Source: Nemertoderma westbladi (lineage: Eukaryota > Animalia > Xenacoelomorpha). From it: a stretch of DNA of 51,046 nt. Below, one piece after another: positions 48,497 through 51,046 of the stretch (positions within the stretch are counted from its first letter, which is position 1; each line of letters begins with the position of its first letter). The notes beneath the pieces were generated by a model, which had not been told where the DNA came from, did not search any database, and was given only the letters and a program-made list of their open reading frames with translations. The stretch covers positions 1-51,046 of the forward strand of contig JAUCBJ010005666.1 of NCBI GenBank assembly GCA_032718475.1, given 5' to 3'. A program made the translations under genes and the position numbers.

Positions 48497-51046
48497 ATGT
48501 CTGACACAAAACAAACACTGTCAGATAGTTTCTTAGAAAGTGCTAGAATGAGTGTTAGACAGGGTCTTAAAAAGATCTGGGACTCAGCTAAGAGTATAGA
48601 GCGTCTGAGACCAAAGTCCAAGTCCCCTCCTACTGTAAGCAAGGTCATCCCTACAGTAGTAGTGTCAGACCCTAGGCTAGTAGAACACCGTAGGTCTATC
48701 ATAGGCACTCGAGCTCAGGTCAAGCGGGACCAAGAAGCAGCGGAACAGCAGCAACACTCGAGCCGAGAACTTATTTCTCAGCAGTCCGACAGCTCCAGTA
48801 GTGCGGATACTGTAGAGCTGACACCCGAGCACGGAGCAAAGATGACAGATGCGGTTTATTCGGATCCCCTTCTCATCCTTCCTGCAGCCGTACTCACTAG
48901 GTTATTGATTGCGGTGGAGGAACACCAGATCGATTGGGCGAGAAATAAGCGATCGACTAAGGATAGTTATGCGGGATACACAAGGGAAGAACTGAAGTCT
49001 ATTGTCGAGTCGCAATGGAACTTCCCCGGACCCGGACTCCCGTTTGACTTATCGGAAGCTGCCTGGGAAGACATACACAGGATGGGAGTAACCAAGGAAA
49101 CCATCGATCCAGCTGTGTGGAAGAGGTCCGCAGCCGGATACGTTCAGGGATTCTTCAGCTCCATGGAGCGATTAGAAGAACAATTGTTTAGACAACCACA
49201 AGGACCTCAAGAGCAGGGAGAGCTGCTTTATCAAGTTCCAGAAAGAATTCTAAGAATTAGACTAATCCTATCGGCCTTTGAGGAGGCTTACGAAAAGAAG
49301 ACAAGACACGTCGTTGCAAGTTGCCGTAAAGACTTGGTTACAGCGGGTGAGTCTCCAAGTTCAAAGAACTGCCCCGTGGAAATCTCAGTTAGCTGAGTGC
49401 TCAACCCATGGAGAATCCACAGACGCTACATTTTCCCAAGTGGAAAGTGAAGCTACGGTGGAGAAACCGCATAAGAGGGATGCTATTGACATCTATCTGT
49501 CGGACTATCAACGTTTTGTAGGAGATGAAGAGTTGAGGAGAAGGCTAGATGGACTTAGCCCTAATAGTGAAGGAGCCAAGCTTGTGTTGGACGCAATCGA
49601 TGTGGATAGGTTAGCTGCGAACCGAGCTAAATTCAATGAAAGCATCCGCATCACTAAGGTTCAAGAGGAGCAAGTAAGGAAAAAACGTATAGAAGACAGA
49701 AAGACAGCAGCAGCGGCAGCGGCAGAAGTAGAAGCGGAAAGAAAAGCGGCCGAAGCGGAAAGAAAGGCGGCAATGGCATCGGCCAAAGCAGAAAGAAAAG
49801 CGGCAGTGGCAGAGGCAGAACGGAGGGCATCTGAAGAGACAACCCAACTAGAGTTGGAAAATCTTCAAGAGAGGCAGGACAACTTCAATAAACAGTTAAC
49901 AGCTAGTCAAATGCAGATGATGAGTCGATCTACTCCCAAATGACAGGGATATACATCATCTGAGGAAGGCGATACCACCGATACTGAAGGTGGAGGAAAT
50001 AGATCTCGTCTCAGCAGACGTAGAAGAATGTCCCACCGTCAGAAATTGCCTGATTTGCCCCCAACTGTTCGAAAACAACTAGCTAGCACAGACTTAGGTA
50101 GTACAGAACCCCTAGACCAAATTATTAAAATAGACAGACTCCCTACTATAGTAGATGAGCCTGAAATAATTAGGCCTGTTCTCGAAGCCACCTCTTTGGT
50201 GATAGAGACACCTGTACTCCCAGAACCTACCTCTAGATTCCCTTTGCATAGCACTAAGCTACCTGTGCCCAGCAGAACAGCCCAGGAGACAGTTCATGTC
50301 CTGGACTCCGAGCGAAATATTAATGATTTGTCGCCCGTTGTCCCTCATCCGCCCGCTACAACGTTGGCGGCTCCCGCTTCGGCGGTCGAGTGGGTGGATG
50401 AGAGACGGCGGGGGATGGATCTCCTGCTCGGGCAGATGCAGGAGACTGTTAAGCAGTTCAAGGGCACAGTAAGGGAAAGTAGGTTAGAGTTGCAAGAAGT
50501 GCAGCAAAGTATCGCGTTAGAATGCGATAAATTAGTAAATACACAAAAGGGTATACCACCACCCCCGGTAATAATGTGTCAACCTGTTAGGTCTGAAGTA
50601 TCTCATGCGCAAGGTGTGGAGCCTACACGCATCTATACTGCTAATGAAGTAGAAACTCCTATAGTGAACCCTATTAAGGGTAATTATAAACCTGTTGACA
50701 ATGATATTCCATATAGACCTGATCATAATCCGAGAAATTTATATACCGATAACTCGATATTAAATAATACGAAGGCACAAGAAAGTTTTACGCGTCAAAT
50801 GGCTAGAACCGAAGCCCGTCAAGCGGTAAAGGTGGGAGAGATCGTCAAGTTCAATGGAGATGAGATGAAATGGTTACCTTTTAATGAATATTACAAAGAT
50901 AACATACAGAACTCTGTGCTATCCAACGGAGAGAAACTGAGATTCCTCATCGAGTGCTTGGAAGGATCTCCCAAGTTAATGGAGTTAAAGTTTATTGGAC
51001 ATCCCGATGGATTAAGACAAGTTTGGGATACACTAAACATCAGGTA
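48497..51046 (+). mobile_element. Disrupted gag-like ORF of a probable BEL/Pao LTR retrotransposon, running off the window edge
   Basis: ORF 48497-49396 overlaps ORF 49278-49943 in the +1 frame. After TGA at 49941-49943 the same frame stays open to the edge and ends in KFNGDEMKWLPFNEYYKDNIQNSVLSNGEKLRFLIECLEG...VWDTLNIR, resembling the DUF1759 gag domain. Confidence 0.72.

Overview
Animal genomic DNA, probably a marine invertebrate; frequent TAGGCCTA/TACCGGTA palindromes weakly suggest an echinoderm-like lineage. The one clear host gene is a complete + strand SLC34 (NaPi-II) sodium-phosphate cotransporter with 9 coding exons from 22309 to 39309. I joined these by hand into 1881 nt / 626 aa, with GT-AG junctions and consistent phases. 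Upstream lies a ~20.2-kb tandem array of 21-bp monomers (42-bp dimer) with nested higher-order duplications; it generates most of the giant ORFs in the track. A diverged relic of the same repeat sits at 230-425. A ~150-bp CACGTG-containing block at the window start is colinear with the SLC34 proximal 5' region. Intron 2 is almost entirely a 41-bp minisatellite built from the exon-2 splice donor itself. Intron 5 holds a 42/30-bp G-rich minisatellite, a MULE-like MITE, a truncated RTE LINE and a palindromic element. Downstream are a tiny RTE tail with a TSD, two Helentron/HINE-like elements, related 53- and 63-bp repeats, a 777-bp MULE-like element, 290-bp tandem repeats interrupted by a CR1/L2 tail, and a disrupted BEL/Pao-type gag ORF running off the right edge. 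All family assignments are from motif recognition only; no searches were run.
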